In this document: positions 29,221 to 38,222 of the stretch, piece by piece
How the letters are laid out: every line of letters starts with the position of its first letter
Numbering within the stretch: the stretch's first letter is position 1
Assembly: GCA_965262785.1 (NCBI GenBank)
Contig: OZ253559.1
Location: forward strand, 923,571-987,570
Source of the DNA: Rhodothermales bacterium
GTDB taxonomy: Bacteria > Bacteroidota > Rhodothermia > Rhodothermales > Bin80
DNA length: 64,000 nt
Direction of reading: 5' to 3'
The notes under the pieces: generated by a model
The model's database searches: none
What the model was told of the DNA's origin: nothing
The model's input: the letters and a program-made list of their open reading frames with translations, nothing else
Position numbers and translations under genes: made by a program

Positions 29221-29772
29221 CTATGGCGTGCTTGGCGGCGGATCGCTGTGCGCATTGCAGCGGCTGCGGTATGTCACAAAGGAACAGCCATCACCAGGTT
29301 CTTCGGCGACCCATTCGTACCGAGTTCCAATGAGGTGCGCGTAGGGCGGAAAGTACGTGTCCCCTTCGAAGGTTCCCTCTACCAGCGTGAGCTCAAGCCG
29401 GTCGGCCAGCAGCAGCGCTTCGGTGTACGGGCGCGCACCGCCGCCAATGAAGACAATGGACTCGTTTCTTGCGGCCCGGATAGCCTGGGGCAGTGAAGAA
29501 AAGGTCTCTACGTCGGGAAAGTCCGGGACCGGGCCCCGGGACGTGAGCACAACCATGCGGCGCTCAGGCAACGGCTTGCCAAACTGGCGGATGATGCTTT
29601 CGAACGTTGTGCGACCCACGATTAGCGCGTGCCCGCGCGTGAGCCACTTGAAGCGCTTCAAGTCGTCCCTGAGCGGGGGCCAAGGCAAATTGTGGCCGCG
29701 TCCTATCAGGCGATCTCGCGAGGCGAGGGCAGCGATGATAACGGTTTCCGGGCGCGTGGAGGCGGAAGGCAT
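29221..29772 (-). CDS. folA: Dihydrofolate reductase
   Basis: 183 aa. IIAALASRDRLIGRGHNLPW..LRDDLKRFKWLTRGHALIVGRTTFESI, and GGGARPY. Confidence 0.9.
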   Translation of the reverse strand: MPSASTRPETVIIAALASRDRLIGRGHNLPWPPLRDDLKRFKWLTRGHALIVGRTTFESIIRQFGKPLPERRMVVLTSRGPVPDFPDVETFSSLPQAIRAARNESIVFIGGGARPYTEALLLADRLELTLVEGTFEGDTYFPPYAHLIGTRYEWVAEEPGDGCSFVTYRSRCNAHSDPPPSTP

Positions 29773-29777
29773 CCAAC

Positions 29778-30818
29778 CTACATGTCTTCCCAGTACTGCT
29801 TCGGCATATCCTCTGCCAGCGCGAGAGCTCCTTCCGCACCGACAAAGAGCGGATCTTCCACGGTCGTGATTCGAAAGCTGCCATAGTCTGCCAAGGCCGT
29901 TGCGATGGCATCAGCTAGGCCCTTGGTCTGGCTGCCGCCGCCAGCCAGGTAGATGTTCTTATGCACGCGTTCTTGCAGCATGGGCTCGTAGCGCCCGACC
30001 AGGTCGATTAGCGTTTCGGCTATGGGTTCCACCAGGCTTTCGCACGCCTGGGTGACCTCGGAAGTGATGTCGTGCTCGACGAACTTGCCAGATACCGGCA
30101 TCATTACCTTGATGCGACCCTTAGCTTTACCAACCCTGCCGAACTCTTCCTTAAATTGGCGAATCATTGTTGCACTCATCCGCGTGTCCGGGTACTTCTC
30201 GCGCAAGAGGTCACATAGCTGCTTGTCGACAAAGTCGCCTGCGCTAAGTAGCGACCGCTGGTCATCTTCGGAGGGCATGGTCCCGTGCATGATGCAGAAG
30301 TCGACCGTGCCCGCACCAATGTCAACTACACAGGCGTTACTCAGGGCGCCCAAGCGGTACGCCACTGCAAACGGTTCGGAGACGACCATGAGCGTGTCTG
30401 CGTGTTCGCGCGCAGCTTCACGGATGGCCAGCTTGTTTACGTTCAGCGCTTCGGCCGGGACCCCGATGGCAGCGTATATTTTCTGACCCTTGAGCGGTTT
30501 GGCCAGCTGGATAAGGTGGTGAATCAGCTGCTTGACAGCTTCCTCGTCGCGCTGCACACCATCGCGTATCACGCCAAACTCCAGCGGGCGTACCAGGTTC
30601 ACCGAGAGCCGGTGTTTTATCGCCTCTTCGCCGAAGATGATGTCTTTGCCCAGCATTTTGCGCGCGATGAAGTCTTTGGGCCAGCCCACATAGCTGTACT
30701 CCCAGTGCCGCTGTCCGTTATTGGCTGCGACAGCACTTCGCGAAGTGCCGAGGTCGATGCCGATGCGCAGGACTTCCGGAGCCTGCTTTTCGTTGTTACC
30801 CGAGCTGTTGGTAGCCAT
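29778..30818 (-). CDS. MamK-family actin-like ATPase
   Basis: Actin/Hsp70 fold motifs: IGIDLGTS, VSEPFAVAY, VVDIGAGTVDF, YLAGGGSQTKGLA. From my memory of Magnetospirillum MamK it also shares VGWPKDFIARKMLGKDIIFGEEA (MamK: VGYPKDVIGLKLLGRPYVVGDEA) and the C-terminal DP.F.GAEGALALAEDMPKQYW (MamK: DPTFDGCRGALRLAEELPPQYW). The ATG at 30818 gives 346 aa, which is MamK-like in length. The track start at 30866 is a TTG. Confidence 0.8.
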   Translation of the reverse strand: MATNSSGNNEKQAPEVLRIGIDLGTSRSAVAANNGQRHWEYSYVGWPKDFIARKMLGKDIIFGEEAIKHRLSVNLVRPLEFGVIRDGVQRDEEAVKQLIHHLIQLAKPLKGQKIYAAIGVPAEALNVNKLAIREAAREHADTLMVVSEPFAVAYRLGALSNACVVDIGAGTVDFCIMHGTMPSEDDQRSLLSAGDFVDKQLCDLLREKYPDTRMSATMIRQFKEEFGRVGKAKGRIKVMMPVSGKFVEHDITSEVTQACESLVEPIAETLIDLVGRYEPMLQERVHKNIYLAGGGSQTKGLADAIATALADYGSFRITTVEDPLFVGAEGALALAEDMPKQYWEDM

Positions 30819-30984
30819 TTCCAAGGCCTTATAGTGATGGGTTTGGCGCGCCTGTTCAGCGATCAACCACGTGTCTGCTGCTGTAAGTTACAAAGTCTTG
30901 GGCGTTTTCGGAAGGGGTTTATATACTTACCTGTAACTTTTCTCCGATTGAGTCGTATGAGGATTAGACCAGATCGGGGGAATC

Positions 30985-31920
30985 ATGACAGGGCCAGGCA
31001 GATCACACCGCAAGGGAATCACACTTTTAGCGTTGGCACGGCGGTATCCGAGCGAGGGGGCCGCCCGGGAATGGTTTGAGGCCATCTATTGGCCGGAAGG
31101 CCGCTTTTGCCCGCAATGCAGGGGCACCGATACCTATGCTTGCCCGAAACAGACCATGCCGTACCGTTGCCGCACGTGCCGCAAGCGGTTCAGTGTTCGG
31201 ACGGGAACGGTGCTGCAAGCCTCACGGTTGCCATTGCTCAAGTGGACCTACGCCATTTATATTGAAATGACCTCGCTCAAGGGCGTATCCAGCATGAAGC
31301 TTCACCGCGACCTGGGCATAACGCAAAAGTCGGCGTGGTTCATGCTGCAACGGATTCGGGAGGCGTTCGTGCCGTTAGCCGCCGCCGCGTTTGAAGGCCC
31401 GGTTGAAGCCGACGAGACGTATGTTGGGGGCAAGGAGGCCAACAAGCACGCGCACAAGAAGCTGAAAGCGGGACGCGGAACGGTTGGCAAGACGGCTGTA
31501 GCGGGGCTGAAAGACCGCGGTACCGGCCAGATTCGGGCCAAGGTCGTTGAGGACACAAGCGGCCCGACGTTGAAGCAGTTCGTGTATAACCACACCGAAA
31601 TCGGCGCAACGGTCTACACGGATGACGCCACCGCTTACAAGGGCATGATCGGTATGGAGCATGAGACGGTCAAACACAGCGTGGGCGCATGGGTCAACGG
31701 CATGGCCCACACGAACGGGCTGGAGTCGTTCTGGGCCACGCTGAAGCGGGCGTACCATGGCGTGTACCACAGAATGAGCGCCAAGCACTTGCAGCGGTAC
31801 GTGCACCAGTTTGCGCAAAAGCACAACGTCCGGGACATGGACACGCTCGAACAAATGCAGCACGTGGTGGCCGCACTGGCAGGGCGGCGGCTTATGTACA
31901 AAGATCTGATTGAGAAATGA
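30985..31920 (+). CDS. IS1595-family (ISXO2-like) transposase
   Basis: 311 aa. N-terminal zinc-ribbon (CPQCRG..YRCRTCRKRF) and the ISXO2-like DDE domain (VEADETYVGGKE...VYTDDATAYKG). Confidence 0.9.
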   Translation: MTGPGRSHRKGITLLALARRYPSEGAAREWFEAIYWPEGRFCPQCRGTDTYACPKQTMPYRCRTCRKRFSVRTGTVLQASRLPLLKWTYAIYIEMTSLKGVSSMKLHRDLGITQKSAWFMLQRIREAFVPLAAAAFEGPVEADETYVGGKEANKHAHKKLKAGRGTVGKTAVAGLKDRGTGQIRAKVVEDTSGPTLKQFVYNHTEIGATVYTDDATAYKGMIGMEHETVKHSVGAWVNGMAHTNGLESFWATLKRAYHGVYHRMSAKHLQRYVHQFAQKHNVRDMDTLEQMQHVVAALAGRRLMYKDLIEK

Positions 31921-32108
31921 GAAGGGTCAAGGATACGAAGGACGCGTTACACGCTGTGTTTGAGCGGATCGACAACACGCCCAGTCCGAATCCGCGCTAT
32001 CGCGGACTAACGATACAGAAGGCGGTAAGGCAACTGGTGAAGGCCAAGCCGAAACCAAAGCAAGCGGCAGATTTGAGGGCAAGAAACGACGAGCTTCGGC
32101 ACGTCTAA
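31917..32108 (+). CDS. Small ORF inside the IS1595 element (63 aa), possible passenger/accessory
   Basis: The start overlaps the transposase stop (ATGA) and the ORF lies inside the right IR. It is basic and Lys-rich. No family recognised, so it could be spurious. Confidence 0.3.
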   Translation: MRRVKDTKDALHAVFERIDNTPSPNPRYRGLTIQKAVRQLVKAKPKPKQAADLRARNDELRHV

Positions 32109-32573
32109 GCCCCAAGCAGTGTACAGTTAAGTATATATTCCCCTTTCGGAATCCCAGCTGGAGAAAACCCAGTGTGTCATTTTACCAGCGGACGTGGGCG
32201 CTCGAAGTTGTTTCCCGGCGGATTTCAACGGGCGGATCAGCCGCCCTGTGTGGGTGTGCGCATAGACGTATGCAAACAGGCGGTAGCATGTAGTCAGGTT
32301 TTCTGCTGCGCGAATGCGCAGAGGAGAAGCATTTCCCTGGCGGAGTCTGCTTCCGAGTTGGCACTCCCGCGGACTGACTGGCTGCACACGGTGACAAAGC
32401 TGGCAGTCACGCCGTAAGCACAGCAATTCAATGCACGACCGAATGAAGCCTTCAACCGGCATAGCACCGGATGGGGCCACAAATTCTCGAAGTGCCTCCA
32501 GTCCGGCTTGTGTCGAAGTACGGGCCGCGACTTCCTGGTGACTGTCACAATTCCAGTCTGCTACTGGCGATTG

Positions 32574-33680
32574 TTACTTGGTGTCATTCTGGCCTTGCGC
32601 AACCTGGGACTCAGTCGCTACAGCGACTGCATCTCGCGGAGCGTTTTCATGGTCCTCCGCGACACCAGTATCTGGAGACGATACGAATCTAATTATACCT
32701 TCAAACAGCGCACCCGCGATCGCTTCCCGGAACTCATCGGACTCGAGTAGCGCTTCGTCATGCCGATAGTTGATGACAGAGATCTCGGTCAGGATCGACG
32801 GGATCGCGAGCGCTGCCGGGCCTTCCTCGAAGCGCCACCGGTCTGAAAGCACGGCAAACGGTCCGCCCTTGGTGCCCCAGTCTTCCACCGTCGGACTGAA
32901 CTGCCGTACGGTCTCATATAACTCCGTCTGAACGGATTTCGCCAGGCGCTGCGACTCTTCCTGCTTTACGGTGTTTGCCAACTCGCGTACACTACTTCGC
33001 CAGTTCGCGATGGTATAGCCGGAGTTGACATTTTCACGCCGGGCAAGACGCTCTGTGGTTTCCGAACCTCGCGGACTGAAATAGAACGTCTCAACGACCG
33101 ACCTTGGCGAGGACACCAGGGCATTAACGTGGATTGAGATCAGTATGTCTGCGTTCTCTTCCACGGCGAATTTCACGCGTTCTTTGATGGTCATGCTGAC
33201 GTCGGTGCGTCTGGTCAGACGTACCTGAAAGCCGTGCGCTGTCAGACGCCGCTCCAGGCGACGGGAGACATCAAGTGCAATGACCTTCTCCGTCAGTCCC
33301 GATGGCCCGACAGCGCCGGGGTCTCGCCCTCCATGGCCAGGGTCCAGAATGATCGTTCTGATGCCAAGGCCGAAAACGCTCGCCAGCGATACGTCAGCAT
33401 CCGCTGACAGCTGCAGTCCCGGATCGTCCTCGGCTCCAAAGCGCTGCTCAATTTGCTCTTCCGTCGTTACGGGTGCCACCGGCTCCAGCTGGCTGGTGGA
33501 GGGCCCAATGCCGCCGAATATGGTGACCACCAGTGCAGCCAGGAAGAAAATGCGGTTTCCCCATCCTGGCCCAAGGTCTTCCTTCGACCGGGTTCGCGAT
33601 GATGACTTGGTGAGTCCGAGGTTGTCCTCGTACACACCGCGCAAAAGTGCCGCGTTGGCTTTGGGGCGTCTTGTTGGCAT
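32574..33680 (-). CDS. N-acetylmuramoyl-L-alanine amidase (Amidase_3, AmiC-like), membrane anchored
   Basis: 368 aa. N-terminal TM segment (IFFLAALVVTIFGGI). Amidase_3 motifs IILDPGHGGRDPGAVG, SIHVNA and a C-terminal E..F.NY region. Confidence 0.85.
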   Translation of the reverse strand: MPTRRPKANAALLRGVYEDNLGLTKSSSRTRSKEDLGPGWGNRIFFLAALVVTIFGGIGPSTSQLEPVAPVTTEEQIEQRFGAEDDPGLQLSADADVSLASVFGLGIRTIILDPGHGGRDPGAVGPSGLTEKVIALDVSRRLERRLTAHGFQVRLTRRTDVSMTIKERVKFAVEENADILISIHVNALVSSPRSVVETFYFSPRGSETTERLARRENVNSGYTIANWRSSVRELANTVKQEESQRLAKSVQTELYETVRQFSPTVEDWGTKGGPFAVLSDRWRFEEGPAALAIPSILTEISVINYRHDEALLESDEFREAIAGALFEGIIRFVSSPDTGVAEDHENAPRDAVAVATESQVAQGQNDTK

Positions 33681-33686
33681 CGCTCG

Positions 33687-34580
33687 CTAAACGGCTACTG
33701 GCGCCTTGATAGCTGGATGATGGCAATATTCATGCAACACAAAGTCTTCGAATTGGTATTCAAACATGGACGGAGCACGCCGGACGATTTCCAATCGCGG
33801 TAAAGCATACGGCGTACGGGTCAGCTGCTCCCTGATCTGAACCAGATGGTTCAGGTAGGCGTGTGCATCCCCAATTGTATAAACCAATTCCCCCACTTCA
33901 AGATCAACCTGCTGCGCCACCATGTGTGTGAGCAGCGCATACTGCGCGATGTTGAATGGTGCGCCCAGAAAGAGGTCATTGGATCGCACGTAAAGCTGAC
34001 ACGACAAGCGTCCGCCTGCCACGTAGAACTGGTAGAACATATGGCAGGGAGGAAGTGCCATCTCGGGCGTCTCCGGCGGGTTCCACGCACACACTATATG
34101 TCTTCGGCTGTAGGGGTTTGCGCACAGGCTCTCTATGACACGGGTTATCTGGTCAGCACCTTGAAAATCACGCCACTGCTTGCCATAAACGGGTCCAAGC
34201 ACTCCGTGTTGGGCCGCAAACTCCTCCTCGTTGCGGACACGCGTCTCAAAATGTTTCATCCAAGCCATCCACTCCTTCGAGCCAGAGGACGGGACTGGAT
34301 GCCCATTGCTCTCCAGGTACCGCCTAAGCGGCCAGGCGGTCCAGATGGAGATCTTCCGGTCTACCAGCCATTTGATGTTGGTATCGCCAGACAGGAACCA
34401 AAGCATCTCGCAGGCGAGCCCGCGAAACCACACGCGCTTGGTAGTGCAAAGCGGGAAGCCTTCGGCAAGATCAAACCGCATCTGGTAGCCGAACACGCTA
34501 AGCGTGCCCGTCCCGGTCCGGTCTTCTCTACGGACGCCCTTTTTCAGCACGGTGTGGAGCAACTCCAAGTACGGTCTCAT
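33687..34580 (-). CDS. thyA: Thymidylate synthase (ThyA)
   Basis: 297 aa. [27 protein letters not shown] and the catalytic LPPCH..YQFYV block. It has an insertion relative to the 264-aa E. coli form. Confidence 0.92.
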   Translation of the reverse strand: MRPYLELLHTVLKKGVRREDRTGTGTLSVFGYQMRFDLAEGFPLCTTKRVWFRGLACEMLWFLSGDTNIKWLVDRKISIWTAWPLRRYLESNGHPVPSSGSKEWMAWMKHFETRVRNEEEFAAQHGVLGPVYGKQWRDFQGADQITRVIESLCANPYSRRHIVCAWNPPETPEMALPPCHMFYQFYVAGGRLSCQLYVRSNDLFLGAPFNIAQYALLTHMVAQQVDLEVGELVYTIGDAHAYLNHLVQIREQLTRTPYALPRLEIVRRAPSMFEYQFEDFVLHEYCHHPAIKAPVAV

Positions 34581-34697
34581 TCGCTATGCGGAACGCCTGA
34601 GGACTCCCGTGGGTTCTTCGCGGCTAATAACCATGCCATGCAGTCGAGGCATTCTATCACGGCTGCACCCTAGAGTAAAATATACTATTCGACGCTG

Positions 34698-34958
34698 ATG
34701 GATCCCAATCTGCACCAAAAGAAGGGCATTGAGCACCTGAACAAGGTTTTGCGGTACGCTCCGATGGTTGCCACGGACGGTAAGGCCACCATACACCTAA
34801 CCCATGAGGACTGGCATGTTGTCGCCGACACGCTCTTCCGAATGAATACGTCGCGGAAGGCGTTGCCGGAGGCAATTGTGGACTACCGCCTAGGGCCGCA
34901 GCACAGGAGCATCGAGCTTGTTACCACTGCGCTGGAAATCACGGTTGAGATGTTCTAG
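34698..34958 (+). CDS. Hypothetical 86-aa protein
   Basis: ATG preceded by an AT-rich stretch (tagagtaaaatatactattcg). Composition looks protein-like, not Arg-rich. No family recognised. The stop overlaps the receptor gene stop convergently. Confidence 0.3.
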   Translation: MDPNLHQKKGIEHLNKVLRYAPMVATDGKATIHLTHEDWHVVADTLFRMNTSRKALPEAIVDYRLGPQHRSIELVTTALEITVEMF

Positions 34959-37234
34959 AACAGGAGCCGGTACGTTAGCCGGATGTCGCGTCCTGGCAGT
35001 GGCACGATATCCTTCAAGAATGAAGTGTGCGGCCGGCCTATCACGTTGGTCAGGTTGCGACCCTGCAGCGAAATCACGTGGCCCGTGTTGCCGGGAAAAA
35101 GCTTGTACTGCGCCGACGCGCCCAAGTCCATGTATCCGTCAGTGGACGTCTCGAACTGCGCAACACGTTTCTGGGCGCTTATAGACTTCATCGAAACGGC
35201 GAGCTTGAGCGCGCCCACCTCGTAGGACAGCTTGCCACCTATCCTCATGGGTGGAATGCGCGGCAGAGGCTCATCGCTGTCTGTCCGATGCGCGCGCGTA
35301 TAGTCACTCCAAATGCGTACGGCCGCATGCTGGTTGCCAATGTGAAACAGCTCACCTTCGACCTCGACCTCAAAGCCAGTGAAGGATGCTTCACCTTGGG
35401 ACACGCGAAACACGGCCTCCCCGTCCTCCCGCTCCTGCGTGTGGCGCAGGTAGATAAAGTCTGAGTACCGGTTCGAAAAGCCCGAAGCACTCGCTTCAAA
35501 CCTTTCGTGGTGCACATGAACGGAGGCATCAAGGCTGAATGCCATTTCAACGTTCAGGTCTGCATTACCAATCTCAAAGGCCTGCGTTGCCACGTGATGG
35601 CCATTGGCATAGAGTTCGCCAGGGTGTGGAATCTTGATGTTCCTGGCTGACCTAAGGGCCATGGTCAGCATTTCAGAGTACTGATAATTGACACCGACGC
35701 CTGCAGAAACGCCCGAGAACGTCCGCTCTCTGCCTATGTCGGGGGTGAGACTGGCACGCTCATAACGCAGGCCGCCTTCCAGACTGAAGGGCCCAGCGTC
35801 CAGTCTTTCCAGCAGGAAGGCGGCGAACCTGTTGCTTTCGGAGCCGGGCATAAACGCCTCGTGGCCAGCGAGCACCAGCATTCGCTGATCCATTTGCAGG
35901 CCCGCCACACCGTGAAAACCACTTGAAAGCGCATGATCAATTTCCAGCCGGCCCTCCACCACATCATTGTCAAAGGTGGTTCCCACGTCACCGTGTTCCA
36001 GCTCATCATGCGCGTAGTCACTAGACCCAAGACGGAAGCGCACGCCATGTAGAAACTCCCGGTCCGCGCGCCAGAGTCCTTCAAAATCGACGGAGACTTT
36101 TGCCATGTCAACACGGACACCTTCTTCTTCCTCCTCCTCTTCGTGTCCATTCCCATCGTCGTGATCGTCGTCGTGGTCTTCATGCCCCGGAAGTCCGTAT
36201 TTGGTGCCATGCAGCGTAACTGCTGCACCAACGAATCCCCAAGATTCAATGTAAGACAGTCCGCCAAAGCCACTATTCAGCGTAACGTTGCTGTTGACGA
36301 TAGTGTTCTCATCGTGATCTTCATGCCCGTCAATACTGCCTGCGGGCACTTTGAATTCTTCCGTGGCCCGGGAGAGGCCCCCAAGGGTCCAGGCAATATT
36401 GCCACGGGTGCCACGAAGCTTCAGGGCACCTGTGCGCCCTAGCGAAACGGAGTTCAGACGACCTGTAAAGACGCCCGTGATGGGGCTGGTGGGCTTCTCG
36501 TTTGGTACGCGACCGTCCAGCACATTGATAACGCCTCCAATCGCGTTACTTCCGTAAAGAAGCGTGGCCGGTCCCCGTATAAACTCAATGCGTTCCGCCA
36601 GTAGTGCCTCGACTGCCGGTGCGTGGTCCGGGCCGATATCTGATGCGTCTGCGTTGCTCAGTCCTTGTTGAAGAATGCTGACGCGGTTGCCGCCAACCCC
36701 GCGAATAACCGGTCGGCTTGACCCCGGACCAAAGTAAGTTGAATTGATGCCAACCTTGCCTTTGAGGCTTTCCCCCAAACTCGCTGCACTGGCATCTACG
36801 AGATCCTGGTAGGACAGTGCGTCGGCGGGACGAACGGCTTCGGAACGCGTCATTTCTATGGGTCCAGCCGATACGACGACCTCGTCAAGACCGACATGCG
36901 CCAGCACCTCGAAGGTTACGTCTGTGGTTTGGCCGCTCTCAACGCTAACTTCGAGGATGCTGCGTCCCCATCGTGGACTCAGCGCCTCCAAGAGATGTGG
37001 TCCGCTCCGAAGATCGTTAAACTCAAAGGCGGCTGCCTCATCGACTGCAGTCAGAATTCCCTTAGCAACAAGGCGAACTTCTGCGTCGATGGCAAGGTCG
37101 CCGCTGGAATTGTATACGACGCCTTGAATTCGCCCGGTGTCCTGGGCCTGGGCGGCTGTCGATGCGGCAAAGAAAAGGCCAACGGCAACTGCGACTCGGC
37201 GGGCGCATTCGTAAAATCGGGTTCTGCTGTGCAT
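34955..37234 (-). CDS. TonB-dependent receptor, ZnuD-like, with His/Asp/Glu-rich loops (copy A)
   Basis: 759 aa. Signal peptide, N-terminal carboxypeptidase-regulatory-like domain, plug (RPVIRGVGGNRVSILQQG), C-terminal TonB-box-C ending ..RDIRLTYRLLF. Loop tracts GHEDHDENT and GHEDHDDDHDDGNGHEEEEEEEG. Confidence 0.9.
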   Translation of the reverse strand: MHSRTRFYECARRVAVAVGLFFAASTAAQAQDTGRIQGVVYNSSGDLAIDAEVRLVAKGILTAVDEAAAFEFNDLRSGPHLLEALSPRWGRSILEVSVESGQTTDVTFEVLAHVGLDEVVVSAGPIEMTRSEAVRPADALSYQDLVDASAASLGESLKGKVGINSTYFGPGSSRPVIRGVGGNRVSILQQGLSNADASDIGPDHAPAVEALLAERIEFIRGPATLLYGSNAIGGVINVLDGRVPNEKPTSPITGVFTGRLNSVSLGRTGALKLRGTRGNIAWTLGGLSRATEEFKVPAGSIDGHEDHDENTIVNSNVTLNSGFGGLSYIESWGFVGAAVTLHGTKYGLPGHEDHDDDHDDGNGHEEEEEEEGVRVDMAKVSVDFEGLWRADREFLHGVRFRLGSSDYAHDELEHGDVGTTFDNDVVEGRLEIDHALSSGFHGVAGLQMDQRMLVLAGHEAFMPGSESNRFAAFLLERLDAGPFSLEGGLRYERASLTPDIGRERTFSGVSAGVGVNYQYSEMLTMALRSARNIKIPHPGELYANGHHVATQAFEIGNADLNVEMAFSLDASVHVHHERFEASASGFSNRYSDFIYLRHTQEREDGEAVFRVSQGEASFTGFEVEVEGELFHIGNQHAAVRIWSDYTRAHRTDSDEPLPRIPPMRIGGKLSYEVGALKLAVSMKSISAQKRVAQFETSTDGYMDLGASAQYKLFPGNTGHVISLQGRNLTNVIGRPHTSFLKDIVPLPGRDIRLTYRLLF

Positions 37235-37270
37235 TAAATCTATCCGGCTGGACCACCCGCCAGAGTAAAT

Positions 37271-37687
37271 CTATGCCGTGCTTAGCGCAAGAATACCCGG
37301 CGGCGGCCATGAATGGGCATGTTCAGAGTTTACGGTATTCGCCGCCGGAGGAGCCCGTATAGGCCGCTGCGTGAGAACCGAGTGTACCGCGGCTATGAGT
37401 GGCGCCGAGGCTATGCGCGTTTCGAAGGCCCAGATTTCGGTATTCCGGAGCCCAATCTGATATTCGTCCACGTCACGTCGGCAAAGCAGACAATCGTCCT
37501 CAGCTAGAAACTCAAAGTCAGGATGCCAGCCACTATGTGTGTGGTCGCAGTCGCCACTGTAGTGCGACGCCAAGCGGAGCCCGTGATGTACGAGGTGAAC
37601 GGAGGGCGAAACTGTGCCTCCCACGAGGAACGCCACGAGAAGAACCGTGGCTCTCTTACGGACTGTATGGACGAAAGCTAGTTGCAT
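37271..37687 (-). CDS. Small membrane-anchored Cys/His-motif protein (copy A, 138 aa)
   Basis: I trimmed the track ORF (to 37804) to the ATG at 37687, which matches its paralog in length. One N-terminal TM segment, then VHLVHHG..LASHYSGDCDHTHSGWHPDFEFLAEDDCLLCRRD. It lies 36 nt upstream of receptor copy A. Conservation with 40620..41039 supports it being coding. Confidence 0.6.
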   Translation of the reverse strand: MQLAFVHTVRKRATVLLVAFLVGGTVSPSVHLVHHGLRLASHYSGDCDHTHSGWHPDFEFLAEDDCLLCRRDVDEYQIGLRNTEIWAFETRIASAPLIAAVHSVLTQRPIRAPPAANTVNSEHAHSWPPPGILALSTA

Positions 37688-38222
37688 TGACTTCTGATCA
37701 AAAGCTTCCAGAATCAAGTAGCAGGAAAATGCCCATACCACAGGCAAACGGAATACAGGGCGCAAGTTCCATGTCTCGGCTGAATCACCTTTCCCATACT
37801 CCATGTGCTTTCACCGAATTGACAGCGGCATGTTTCCGGCGAGGTGGTCGGTTGCAGACCGAAATTCCACATTATGGGGTGAACCTTCGGCAGAGCATGG
37901 GCGTCCACTGATCACTATGAGGGTCGGACTGCTGTGGGCGCCTGGCGCGCGGCCCGACTGAGGACGGAGGTTGCCCTGCGACCTGTCGTGTGAGGGCAGG
38001 CATTGAGCCCGCAAATAGCGTCTTGCGAAATGCATCGACGGAACCAAGGGGCGCAAGGTCACAGCGCAACTGATCAATGGTGACCAGCATGCCGCCGTGT
38101 GGCCGACCATTTGCACAGCTGCATCTCATCAGACTCTGCCCGAGATGATCATTTAGCGATTCCGTGAGCAGCGGTACCCGGGCACGAGGTCTGTTTCCCC
38201 TGGGCTGCAACCCACTGATGTT

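Larger units (their letters stand above)
30909..32149 (+). mobile_element. IS1595-family insertion sequence (about 1.24 kb)
   Basis: Imperfect terminal IRs: cggaaggggtttatatacttacctgtaac (30909..30937) against the reverse complement of gtacagttaagtatatattcccctttcgg (32121..32149). About 19 of 23 core positions match. I could not see a clean target-site duplication. Confidence 0.7.

Noticed and set aside
32150-32573. Short GTGAC..GTCAC palindromes (32391..32410, 32538..32548) and ORFs in the spacer between the IS1595 and the amidase gene
   Set aside because: 5-bp arms are expected by chance. The ORFs are Cys/Arg-rich and overlapping. Nothing here is supportable as a gene or operator.
36121-36183. 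ttc/ctc-rich repetitive DNA (also 39383..39475 and 39604..39672) as a possible microsatellite or CRISPR-like repeat
   Set aside because: It is in frame within the receptor genes and encodes the Glu/Asp/His loops. It is coding low complexity, not an independent repeat element.
37872-38210. 112-aa minus-strand ORF right after receptor copy B
   Set aside because: It has a TTG start, a strongly Arg/Pro-rich composition and no counterpart after receptor copy A. I treat it as noise.
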